From Octopus sinensis (lineage: Eukaryota), in contig NC_043006.1 in the NCBI RefSeq assembly GCF_006345805.1, positions 103,354,001 through 103,418,000 on the forward strand: DNA of 64,000 bases. Direction: 5' to 3'. Under the pieces are notes generated by a model, which was given only the letters and a program-made list of their open reading frames with translations, was not told where the DNA came from and did not search any database. The position numbers and the translations under genes were made by a program. The first letter of the stretch is position 1, and every line of letters starts with the position of its first letter. Below, one piece after another: positions 41,447-53,517 of the stretch.

Positions 41447-42250
41447 ATGTGTTTATGTATATGCGTACGTGTAGACACACAGGCACGCACATACGTTTAA
41501 GTATTTCAATACATAGTGTAAACAGACAAAATTCATTTGGGACCGAACGATCATCACACGTGGAAAGAAAGCTAAACATTTGTATACACGGAGATTAAAG
41601 TCTACGTTTACCGAACGTCTGCAATTACCGTTTACCCGACGCAAATATATTTTATCATATATAAACATATATTTTCAAAACATTTTTAAACATCAGCTAG
41701 TGTTATGTTTATTTGTTTTATATGTTTATACGAAAACATAAATAAATCCTACTTTATGGATAGACTAGCGTACACACAAGCATTCTATATTATACCTACA
41801 CATTTATATATATGTATATATGTATATGCGTATAGATACATACATATATACCTATACATAGGTATATATGTATATGCGTATATATACATACATACACATA
41901 TATATAAGGTACGTTTGTGCGTGCGTGTGTGTGCGTGTGGCGTGTGTGTCTGTATACTTGCAGGATTTGAAATTTAAGTAATTCCATCTAAACGTGTGTG
42001 ATCCTGTGTAGCCAACACAAGCTCTTTGGAAAGCGAGGTATAGTATTTTCAATTTTAACTAAAATTACTCAAATAAATAAATATTACTTTATCAGTTACG
42101 CACTTTCCATGTTTGCATTTGGCACTCACATGTACCCGCACACAAACACATACATATCCATCCATCCATCCATCCATCCATCCATCCATTCCATCCATAC
42201 ATGACATACATAGATACATGTATGAATTATATATAAGAGAATATATATAT

Positions 42251-42305
<55 letters not shown>

Positions 42306-42321
42306 CATATATATACATATA

Positions 42322-42544
42322 CTGTACTGTCTCTATTATCGCGGGTGCTACATTCCAAAACACACCGCAGTAGGTGAAAGTCTATGAAGTAGGAACAGTA
42401 CCATATCGTATATTTCTAAAAATTACTTTTATAATTTGTATATATTTATTTTATTATAAACGCAAAACAACAGCACGGAGGAATCGACGTAAGCTTAAAT
42501 AATAAACGGCGATGAGTGAACCGCGATATGGCAAGGGATTACTG
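42322..42544. mobile_element. Tigger/pogo-like MITE
   Basis: Right end reads CAGTAATCCCTTGCCATATCGCGGTTCAC on minus; left end is a diverged ...TATCGCGGG counterpart; TA flanks. Confidence 0.6.
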
Positions 42545-42615
42545 TATATTTATATATATATACTCTTGTTCCACGTCCTCGCGTCGTTGTGTTTTGGTCT
42601 TTGTTCATGTTTGGG

Positions 42616-42785
<170 letters not shown>

Positions 42786-42918
42786 TACATATACATACGT
42801 ACATATACATACGTACATATATATAAATAGTAAATAATATATAGTATATATACTATATATTATTTCTGTTTATATTTAATTGAACGCCACGCATCCATTT
42901 CGAGCTAAGTATACACAA

Positions 42919-42995
<77 letters not shown>

Positions 42996-42998
<3 letters not shown>

Positions 42999-43185
42999 AT
43001 CCAAACATGAAAACACAAAGAAAAAACACAACAACGCGAGGACGTGGAACAAATATAGTATTATTAGACGCTCAGGAAAGGAAAGAAAGAAGGAGGGATT
43101 AACGTTTCGAGCGGAGCTCTTCATCGGAAACATAGGAAAAGGAAAGATCCAAAGAAGGGAAGACGGAGGAAAAAAATCACCAACA
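42996..43185 (-). mobile_element. PLE-type terminal repeat family A with hammerhead-like motif (43097-43131)
   Basis: RNA: GUUU CCGAUGA A GAGC UCC GCUC GAAAC GUU AAUC; inverted partial copy at 42565-42622. Confidence 0.78.
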
Positions 43186-43299
43186 GTACACACGCGGTCA
43201 TAATTAGTAAATAATACATAGTATATATACTATATATTATTTACTATTTATAATGTAACTGAACGCCACGCAGGTAAGTATATATATATATGTTTACAT

Positions 43300-43667
43300 T
43301 TAAAGTTAATCGCCACACCAAATTTGCTGTTCTATGCCACTACTAGTTTAACACCAGGCAACTTTTGTTTTCAGTTGTTTACCGGTGTGGCGCTGCACCC
43401 TGTATATACATATTTATATATATTGGTAGCAGGAGGATCGAAGCACTACCATTCTCTCGCAGAGTACATAATCACGAAACTGACTCACTTCCGAGCTGGT
43501 TTGCTCGCCTTCAGTCGCGAGTACCTTGGTCGCGAGCGACGGTCAGGGTCCGTTCCGGGCAGCAATATATTGTAAACGAAGCGACTAACGGTCACTGATA
43601 TGCAAGAAGCAAAATAACTAGTTGTAAAATGTCAAGAGAACAGATTATATTAAAGTTAATCGCCACA
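43300..43667. mobile_element. unclassified 332-bp insert flanked by an exact 18-bp direct repeat
   Basis: TTAAAGTTAATCGCCACA at 43300-43317 and 43650-43667. Confidence 0.65.
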
Positions 43668-44247
43668 TAATCACAATCAAAAACATATATTCACACCAGC
43701 ATATTCAAAAAGAGAATGAATGAAATATAAATTAAGACATGAGATATGTGTATACATTCATTATCAGAATTAGCTCGTCTGGTGCTGAATGTTAAGAACA
43801 GTTATAGATTTGTGAGTCTGGTGATTCTTGTCGACTGCTTATTGTGATTGCGTAATGTTTTCATCGAAGTTCATATTTATGAATATTACACTTTACAGAA
43901 GTAGCGAACCAATGCCACAAATTTTATTAAACATCGGAGAAAATTATCGATTTAAAAATTTTAGAGATTTAAAGCTATTATACTTAAAGCAGAGACTCAT
44001 TCCTTAGGACGGTTCAGTCGTTTAAGTTGAGGTTAATGGAATATAGAGGATTTGGTACTACAATACGAGCAAGGGATGGATGTATGCGTGGTATGATTTT
44101 GAGGTCGAAAGATTTTGCTGTATATCGTATTGGAAATGGCCTTTTGAGTTTCTATGCATATGTTTAGTGCCATCATTATTTCACTGAAAAAGTAGCAAAA
44201 CTCACGTCACCCTGTATGTATGAAGACACACCACACACACACACGCG

Positions 44248-44278
<31 letters not shown>

Positions 44279-45200
44279 TTTATTTTCATATATATATATA
44301 TTATTTATATTATTATTTCATTGAACGTCACGCATCCATTTCCAAGTAAGTTTAACTTTTATCAAAACAAGACCCCTCTTTGGAGTAGCAATCTGGTTTT
44401 GCCATTTTTAAAGGCTAAAAATCAACTCATCACTTTCTATTGAAAGAACTGACCAGCTGTATAGATGTATACACATTTTATTCATCTTTCTCTCTTCCTT
44501 CTTTCTTTCCTTCTCTTTTCCAGTGACACCCTTTCAGATACACAGGCACACACACACATACACACATACACACATACACACACACACACACACACACAAC
44601 ACATTCTCACTTTCTCCCCATTCCTCACCCTCTTTTACTATCCTATATCTCTCTCCATCCCTACACACTCAATAATACTAAAAAAAAGAGACAAAACCCT
44701 CAAAAAATTAAAATCTGAAGAATCTACTAGAGTAGATGCAAGCTCTATTATATATGTTTTATAAAAACGTGACATATTAATAAAAATCTGTAAATGTTCA
44801 ACCATCCAGATTTCTGAGTTCCTTATTTTTTCTAATATATATACATATATTTAATATACAATCAAAGGAGCTACTGTTTATGCTTTTGTGATATATGTAC
44901 AGGCATATTTATAAAGTATGCGATGCATATGCAAGCAATCTTTCAGGCTCTGATTTTGCGTCCTTGTTTTTAAAATATGTATGACGCATAAACATAGTCT
45001 CAAAGATTACTCGGAGTTGCAGGACGTATTTTATGTATATGATTGTACATGTAACATAAAAGCATGAAATTATTAGTAGCTCCTTCGGTTGTGTATTAAA
45101 TTGATATATTTATTTCTCATTGGAGGGAGTACTTTTTTGTTCATTCTACCTCTATAGGATCTACAGGATATGTGTGCATGTGTGTTCGTATCTGCGTGTG

Positions 45201-45232
<32 letters not shown>

Positions 45233-45590
45233 AGTGTGTGTGCGTGCGTGTGTGTGTGTGTGTGTGTGAAATAACTGAGGCGGCTAGATACAATATAGAA
45301 CCAAAAAAGAAAAATCCAGTTGTCACTAATAGTGACTGAGGTTGTGAAGGATAGCACCTATATTGCTAGAAACAAGAATCAAAGACCCTTGTAGCGACTA
45401 AAACACAAGCCCATGTACTATTAAGGGAAGATAACCGCCCTACAGCGAGCAGGAGTACTATATTGGCAAACCAATTTTGCTTGCAATTGAAGCTCATTGG
45501 TAGCACTACTCTATCGCTGATGATTAAGCTAAATCTCACTTGTTAGTATGTATAGAATTTACCATAAGAATCAATATAACGTATGTAAAT

Positions 45591-46567
45591 AATGGGTTAT
45601 CCATAAATAAAGTATTTTATAAATACTTCTTTTGTTTTTCAAAATTATTATAAAGTTCATTTTTAATCTAAAATATACTCTCCTTCATTTTTTCCATCTC
45701 TTCCATCTGCTAGACTTGCAAGGCCCCTCTTCCAAAATTCTTTTGTCCACCACGAAAAATACTCCTCCAGTACTGTTCTGCCCTCCTCTAGAGAATTCAT
45801 ATTTTTCCCGCCCAAATGATTTCGAAGACTACAGAATAAATAATAATCAGATGGGGCAATCTCCGGCAAATATGGTGGGTGGGGCATTGTTTTCCATTCA
45901 AATTGCTCCAGCCATGTATGTGACCGAGCATAATCCTGATGGAGTAACATCTTTCGTCTCGAAACAAAAGATCGTCATTTTTCTCCGAGTGCTGACTGAA
46001 GTCGGCGAAGATGCTCTCAGTATATCTCCTTTGTTATCGTTTTGTTTGGGTTTAAAAGTTCAAAGTGTACCCACGTAACATATAACAACACCATACGTGG
46101 GTGAAGACCTTCTTTAGCCTGGGGTGCCGGTGTTTCTCCTTTCCCTACCCACCATCTTCGGCGCTTCAGATATTTATAGAGCAACATTTATCGCCTCCAG
46201 TCACTCTTCGGTGCAAAAAAGGTTCATTCGTGAGATTTGACACCGAAGAAAGGACATATATTCACTCTCTGCGCACGATTGGACTCGGAAAGTTTGTGAA
46301 AAACCCATTGACCTAATTTGCTGACAAATTGTCGATAAATGGTTGAATTATCAAATCCAAGCTTCTCTGCCAGCTCCTCAACTGTTACGATGGGATTTTG
46401 TACCACCAGAATTTGCAGGACGTCCTCGCCAAGCTCTACAGATCTTTCAGGATCAGGTAAAATTACTTCTTTTATAGCAAGTTGATGCAGGTAGTTTATT
46501 CTGTCCCAATCCAACTTTTAGTTCATGCAATTGAATAAAAACTGCATTAATTATGGTTTGACCAAAT
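45591..46567 (-). mobile_element. decayed mariner transposon with probable remnant TIRs
   Basis: TVEELAEKLGF, LGQWVFHKLSE, LLHQDYARSH, PHPPYLPEIAPSDYYLF, GEYILD; ends TGGGTTATCCATAAATAA / TTGGTCAAACCATAATTAA (minus). Confidence 0.88.
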
Positions 46568-47375
46568 AATTATATCTACATGTAAATATATGTATGCATA
46601 TGAATGTATGAAACTGATCCTCGTGTTGTTATTGTAGTTAACACTGTCTGTGTTACTAGCAGGCAGTTCTAACGAGTGAAACGTAGAAGTCACTTTCCAA
46701 CATTGTTTTTGAAACACACACATAGACACACACTTACAAACGCACGCACAATGTCTCTGATTCTGTTCATTTCTCTCTCTCTCGCAGCCTTTTTCATTCC
46801 CTCTCTCTCTCACACACACACACATAAACCTAAATAAACAGAAACACACATACAGATATGTACACAGCCTCACCACATTTATACATAAATACGCACACGC
46901 ACGTACTCATTCATGCCCACACTCTCTCTCTCACACACACACTCACGTACACACGCAAATAAGGTTCTACCTTAAGTGTATCTGTGTATCATGGTGCCTG
47001 TTATATTCTTGCAAATACTGTCTTCGATGAGATTGCACTCATTAATCACCATCATGCAAAGCGAGAGATTTCATTTCCTTTTTACCGAAATATTCGACAT
47101 AATGTAAATTAATTTAATATCACTTTCATTTGCAAAATAATTACAAAAGGACATTTATCTTTTGATTAATCTATTTTAATTATTTTAAATTTTTCAGCTA
47201 CTTTTGTAAATGTTTCTGCTCCAATAACATGAACTTACATCATTGAATCAGTGTAAACCACCGGTGATGTCGGTGTATAAGGAGGGATTAAATGTTAGAA
47301 TTAAAGAATAGACATGAAATTCTTTGAAACAGAGAGGAAGCAAACTATGCCATTTAATGATTGGGGAACATTTAA

Positions 47376-47545
47376 GGTGGAGAGCTGGCTGAATCATCAC
47401 CGCACCGGCCAAAATGCTTAGCGGCATTTCGTCCATCTTCACGTTCTTTGTTCAAATTCCGCGGAGGTCGACTTAGCTGCTCATCCTTCGGCATTGATAA
47501 AATAATTACAAGTTGAGCATTGGGGTCGATGTACTCAACTCGCCC
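47376..47545 (+). mobile_element. SINE family 2, diverged
   Basis: GAGAGCTGGCTGAATC...AAATGCTTAGCGGCATTTCGTC...GTTCAAATTCCGC. Confidence 0.75.
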
Positions 47546-48036
47546 CATTTTCGAATTTGCCGGCTGTGAGTCAGAATTTGAAATGAATAATTGGGGAACA
47601 TGGTTCTTGTTGACTGGCTTTGGAGACATGGTTCCTAATAATTTTGGGATTTCAAAAATGAAAATCATTTTGCTCTCACATCAAGATTTTTCACTGACTG
47701 AAATCTCCATTAAAAACAAAAAGATTCCCGTATTGTCACCATTTCTATCAAGTGCAGCCTCGTGAATAGATCTTGAAATAACTTATGAATCTGAAAACAT
47801 AGATTTTTAATATCCTTTCAAGTAAATTACAACTACAAAAGGGCAAATAAAACTTGTGATTTAAGTATCTTTCGTAAATAAAAACCATCAAATTATAAAC
47901 CTTCAAATCTCTACATTATTTACATTGGATGAATATGTGTCCACATCTTGTTTGTTGTTACCACATCTTGTTTGTCTCCAGCCTTCATCGGGAGTCCTGG
48001 GTGTTCTTTTTTATGCTATTATTATTATTTATCCAA

Positions 48037-48108
48037 AGCACTGCCTGGAATTGAACTCGCACTCTTGGGGTTAGTAGCCCGCGATATTAACCATTACGCT
48101 ATATGCCC
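48037..48108 (-). other. tRNA-like cassette (Pol III A/B boxes) inside a PLE 3' region; not a functional tRNA
   Basis: GGGCATATAGCGTAATGGTTAATATCGCGGGCTACTAACCCCAAGAGTGCGAGTTCAATTCCAGGCAGTGCT; poorly paired acceptor stem. Confidence 0.7.
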
Positions 48109-48129
48109 GTGGGTAATTATAGGGTGAAT

Positions 48130-48760
48130 TTTAGGGCTTATAAAACTAATATCTTTGTGTCCTTCCTTAATACCGGTTCCCATATTCTACTTATATCTGC
48201 ACTGGGTCTGCTTAGGAAGCTATTGTGTCCTAGCATATGGGCTACCTCTTTTTGTTTTCGTATTTTCCATTGGTGTTCTCTGTCTATTATTTTAACTTCA
48301 TCCCAAAGGGGGAGGTGGTCTCCGTTTTTCCATACATGATCAGCTATAACCGATTTTTCAACATCTCCTCATGTTACAGCTTTTCGATATTACTCTACCC
48401 TTATTCTGAGTGGGCGTCATGTTTCGCCTTTGTATAACCTACTAAAACAGCATGGCATGGAGTACACGCAGTATTTGGTCATATTCTCTTCTATTGATGG
48501 TTTTATTCGGAGGAGATATTTGCGAAGTGTTGTATTATTACTCTTGAATACCGTCCTGATGTTATATAGACGACGTGTCTTTTGTATTTTTTCCGATAGG
48601 CCTTTCACATAGGTTACATAGACTCTCCTCTTCCTAATTGGAGTGGATAGTATGTTTTTGGAGTAGTTGCTGCCTAATAGATTGTTACTTTGCTTGATCA
48701 TTTCTTCGTGGTGTGTATCAGGATCGCTAATTATATTCTTTGTCTGATGTTTTAGGCACC
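48130..48760 (-). pseudogene. Penelope-like element GIY-YIG region
   Basis: YVTYVKGLSEKI, NIRTVFKSNNT, CVYSMPCC...YKGET*RPLRIRVE, IADHVWKNGDHLPLWDEVKIIDRE. Confidence 0.88.
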
Positions 48761-49024
48761 GAGCAATCCTAAATCATCGCGCAAAGTTGCGAAATATCCC
48801 TGATGACTTTTGCTATATTTATGAATATTACACTTTACAGAAGTAGCGAACCAATATCACAAATTTTATGAAAGAAGCTTAACTTACTATGGTATGAAAC
48901 TGAGTGAGCAAGAGAAAGCCATTCGTTGAAATATTGGGACAGTGTCTGTTTCAAATACTTAAGCAGAATGTTTCCATCCCTTTCTTGTGGGGAAGTAAAG
49001 GTAGGTGTGTTTGACGGGATACAG

Positions 49025-49125
49025 ATTAGGTGGCTATTGAAGGACCCACATGGTTCCGGATTCAATCCCACTGCGTAGCACCTTGGGAAGATGCCTTCTA
49101 CTTTAGCCTCGGGCCGACCAAAGAC
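49025..49125 (+). mobile_element. SINE family 1 head fragment
   Basis: CACATGGTTCCGGATTCAATCCCACTGCGTAGCACC...TAGCCTCGGGCCGACCAAAG. Confidence 0.75.
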
Positions 49126-49546
49126 TATATCAGGCGTGACATGTTTTTGCAACGGTTGTGTCTAATTTTCAAGGGAACAGGAATTCGTCAAACTATGAAG
49201 ATCTTGGGCAGACATAAATGTAAAATGGACTGGAATATGAGTGTAAAGTGCATTTCCATCGGTGATCTGGACTACATCCTTGGAAATCATTGTGCAATAA
49301 GTAATGAGCAAAGAGAAAGGTTCGATCAAAACATCGAGGCCATGAAGTTTAGGTATCAATGTAGGTGGCGCATCAGTATGATGGATGATGATTGCTGATG
49401 TCTGTTAAGAGACTGTCGTGATGCAAGTCATTCACAGCAAGCAGCCAAGAGAAAGTTCACTCTCTGAGTAACTGAAGCTCCGGCTTAACGGACAGAAATA
49501 TCTTCACTAAGATGTGTAATCAAACATTATGTGTAATGTATTAGTT

Positions 49547-49706
49547 AGGAGTGGCTGTGTGGTAAGTAGCTTCCTTACCAACCACATGGTTCCGGGTTCA
49601 ATCCCACTGCGTGGCACCTTGGGCAGGTGTCTTCTACTTTAGCCTCGGGCCAACCAAAGCTTTGTGAGTGGATTTGGTAGACGAAAACTGAAAGAAGCCC
49701 GTCGTA

Positions 49707-49745
<39 letters not shown>

Positions 49746-50025
49746 TTATATATTATATAATATATAGACTATATATATGTGTGTGTGTGTGGTGTGTGTG
49801 TGTGTGCGTGCGTGTATGGTGTATGTCTGTATGTTTGTCGCCCCGACATCGCTTCACAACAGATGCTGGTGTGCTTACGTCCCCGTAACTTAGCTGTTCG
49901 GTAAAAGAGACGATATAATAAGTACTGTGCTTACAGAGAAGTCCTGGGGTAGATTTGCTCGACTAAAGGCGGTGATCCAGCATGGCCACACTCAAATGAC
50001 TGAAAAAGTAAAAGATAAAAGTAAA
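49547..50025 (+). mobile_element. SINE family 1, full length with expanded central microsatellite
   Basis: Colinear with 39830-40209. Confidence 0.9.
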
Positions 50026-50387
50026 GGAAAACGATAAAAGATATTGTTTGATTTGTGTTCGTTTCTTATTTTAGTATTAAATTTAATGACAAAATTGATA
50101 TTTTTTGGTCAAAAATGAATTCTAGTTTAACGAAAAAGTTGACGTAATAGAAAATTTCTGGGGGTATTTCTGAACCCAGCATCATCAAATTAAGTAGGAT
50201 TATTTCTAAAAAGCAAGTTATCTAAACCTTTTTTCGAAAACGTTCTCCAGTGTTAGTTAAAAAAAAAACAACAAAAAAACATTGGTGTAATTTTCCTATT
50301 TTCCTTGTGAAAATTTACAGAGTAGTTAAGCAGCTAATAAAAAACGACTTACACTTGCATATGCATGTATATATGCATGTATATAAT

Positions 50388-50428
<41 letters not shown>

Positions 50429-50560
50429 TATATATATATATATATATATATAGTATATATATATATATATAATATATATATATATATAATATATATATAT
50501 TATATATATATAATATATATATATATATACGGAAGTGTGTGTGTGTGTGTGTGTGTGTGT

Positions 50561-50795
50561 GGAGGCGCATGGCCAGTGGTTATGGCAGCGGACACGCCGT
50601 CGGAGGATTGCGGTTTCGATTCCCAGACTGGGCGTTGCGTGTGTTATTGAGCGAAAACACCTGTACTCTTCTCTCACTCTTTCTTCTGTTAGCCTGCTCG
50701 CTTAGCCAGCGGGGTGGCGTCATTTGAACGCTAAAACAATGCGAAGCGCATTGCGATCGGCGATGTGTAGCAACATCTGATAGCCCGGTCACGGT
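50561..50795 (+). mobile_element. SINE family 4 head with alternative 3' tail
   Basis: Head as in 39260; tail GGTGGCGTCATTTGAA...GCAACATCTGATAGC shared with 60840-61073. Confidence 0.85.
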
Positions 50796-51096
50796 GATCT
50801 ATATATATATACACGGGCAAAAATCACGTGTTCTAGCAGCTCTGCAACCAATGTTTGACATCTTTTCTATGATATTTCTGTACTTTTTAGCACGATATAT
50901 CTCCACGAGGTACTTACGCAAGACAAAAACTGAAGTATTTTGTGCACCTCAAAGTATATCTACGTTAAATTGAACATAAAGATTGCAAAATCTTCATAAC
51001 TTAAGTACAAACACACATACATATATGTATGTACATGTTCATATGTATACATACATACATACATATATATATATATATACGTATGTATTTATGTAT

Positions 51097-51129
<33 letters not shown>

Positions 51130-51209
51130 TAGTATATAATCTATATATAACTAATATTCGTTTGTTTCGTACACCACCCGTCTTCGTCTTTTGTTTTTTC
51201 GTAAACCCT

Positions 51210-51271
<62 letters not shown>

Positions 51272-51369
51272 TAATATACTATATATAAATATATATATAT
51301 GTTATATATATGTGTATATATATATATACATTATATATATTATTACATATATATATATATATATATAGA

Positions 51370-52680
51370 TAAGAAAGTTTGTTTGGTAAGCACGTGGGTG
51401 AATATATAAGAAATAGTAAAGTGTGAAAAAACGACAGAAGGCTTAAATGTTAAAATATATATATTTTGTCAAAATGTCTGGAGAATATTGGAAAAATTTT
51501 TTCCTTTCCTTAAAATGCATAATTTTAAAATTTTTAAAGAAATTACCGGTTTTCGCGTGTAGCTTTTCAAATTTCTTGTGACGTTTGTTTATATTTATGG
51601 AATTATCGTTGTTTTTTTTCCAGGAGATTTCTAAATAAGGGGAGGTAGTGAGTGATTTTTTCCGGTGTAGGGGGATAATCGCTTAAAATTTTTTTTCCCA
51701 TTTCCTTGTTAATTTCTCTGTGTCAGTATGTTCGGATTTGAGTCTGGGTTTGTACTTTTCAATGAAGAATGTTTCCTTGTTCAGTCTCATTTGTGTTGAT
51801 GATGAAAGCACATTGGTAAAATGGGAAGATTAAAATTGTGGCAGTAGTTGCTTTGCGCATTTCTCGATGTGCTCACTAAAGGTATCATTCTATATTCTGG
51901 GAATGCAATCTGTTGTCGATGCAGTGTGCATCTGCGCCTGAGTGATAGTCCCGTGGAACCCACGTAGTCTTGTGGCAGCCCGAGCATTTAATAACATAAA
52001 TTATGTTTTTCAGAGGCACAAGTAAAGTTAGATTTGATCTTAAATTTCTGTCCCTCTTTAAAGAAGAATTCTGATCCTTCCAATAGGTTAGGACATGTTG
52101 CACAGTTCGATCTACCACATTTTTTAACTTTTGCATCCGTAATTTTAGAAGACAATTTTGCCTTTGTGAGAATCTTTTTAAGTGATTTAGGCTGTTTGTA
52201 GCTTTTAATATTTGGTGTATGTTTATAATTTCTTTATTTTTGGTTTTTATGAGTATTGGTAAATTCTGGGTGATGATGGTGAAGGTTCTTTGTTTCTGGT
52301 TGTATGTAGATATGTAAGGTAGTATTTTCGGGGAAGGTGTGTTGTTGTGTGAACTTTTCTTAAAGTTTCTATGTTGATTTCTGTTGCACGTCTGATCCCA
52401 TCCTCTATAGTTGAGCTGGGTAATGTCTGTCAATTAGGGTGTTTTTGAGTTCTTGCAGTCTAAAGTTCCTGTATTTTGTTCTGACACTATTGTGCATATC
52501 CTTCTTGCAAGGTTGAAGGGGATGTTTGTTTTAGTGTGTCTTGGGTGGCATGAATTAAAAAGAAGGTATTGTTTGGCGTCTGTGGCTTTGTAAAAAATGT
52601 CTGTTTCTATTTTAAGGTTAATTTTTTTAATTAGTATATCCAAGAACGGGAGCTCCTTTTGGTTGTATTCCATTGTGAAC
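51370..52680 (-). mobile_element. Penelope-like element, 5'-truncated: RT C-terminus, linker, GIY-YIG, 3' terminal repeat
   Basis: KELPFLDILI, DIFYKATDAKQYLLFNSCHPRHTKTNIPFNLARRICTIVS, IIYVIKCSGCH, YVGSTGLSLRRRCTLHRQQI; frameshifted. Confidence 0.92.
51537..51577 (-). ncRNA. minimal hammerhead-like motif, U3-A8 variant, in the PLE 3' repeat
   Basis: RNA: AAGAAAU UUGAAAA GC UACAC GC GAAAA CCG GUA AUUUCUU; 7-bp helix I; one extra A after GAAA. Confidence 0.6.
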
Positions 52681-52697
52681 TGTATATATATATACAG

Positions 52698-52734
<37 letters not shown>

Positions 52735-52920
52735 AAATTTATAAAAATAGGGTAAAGTAAAATAATTTACTTTATCACGCACCGAGCTTTTTAGAAATAG
52801 CAGCCAAATATTTGGCTATTTCTTCAACTGCAAGAAAAAGTCTCCCAGACAATGCGTACTCAGAAATAACTCACATAGGTATAAGGGAAAAACAACGAAA
52901 GATCACATCCATATAAGATA

Positions 52921-52983
52921 CCCGAGGACAGCCTGTTTCTGGATTAGTGGATTAAACGCCAACATTCCCTTCATCAGCTCAGA
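52921..52983 (-). ncRNA. type I hammerhead ribozyme with canonical core and GUC site
   Basis: RNA: UCUGAG CUGAUGA AG GGAAUGUUGG CGUUUAAU CCACUAAUCC A GAAAC AGGCU GUC CUCGGG. Confidence 0.72.
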
Positions 52984-53242
52984 GATTTCTTCTGATTTAG
53001 ATTTGAAAGTACTAAGAATCAAACATACCCGTCCGATATATGTAACACCGGACAAACCATGCCAGACCACCAGTACTAGCGAATTCAAAAATACAAATGA
53101 GATCTATTATTCTCCCTGTCCACCCACGTGAGTCACAGAGTAGTGCATTCCTACAGAGGCAAAACTGTAGTTCAAATTCTTGTGGAGAAAGCATTATATT
53201 GACAATATAATTCTTTATATATATATATATATATATATATAG

Positions 53243-53395
53243 GGAGGGTTTACGAAAAAACAAAAGACAAAGACAGGTGGTGTACGAAACAAACAGATAT
53301 ATTAGTATAACGCTCACGAATGGCAAAAGTATTTTACGTTTCGAGCCTACGCTCTTCTACAGAAAGGGACACAGAATGAACAAGGAGAGAAAAAA
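53243..53395 (-). mobile_element. PLE-type terminal repeat family B with hammerhead-like motif (53332-53366)
   Basis: RNA: CUUU CUGUAGA A GAGC GUAG GCUC GAAAC GUA AAAU; inverted partial copy at 51158-51210. Confidence 0.75.
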
Positions 53396-53435
53396 ATGTG
53401 TGTAGTGGCTAACGATCTATCATAGCGACTAGTGC

Positions 53436-53517
<82 letters not shown>

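Noticed and set aside
47520-47765. TGFGDMVP resembling a potassium-channel selectivity filter
   Set aside because: No pore-helix or transmembrane context or splice support. The ORF starts inside a SINE and the motif overlaps a short local duplication (GG(AG)ACATGGTTC).
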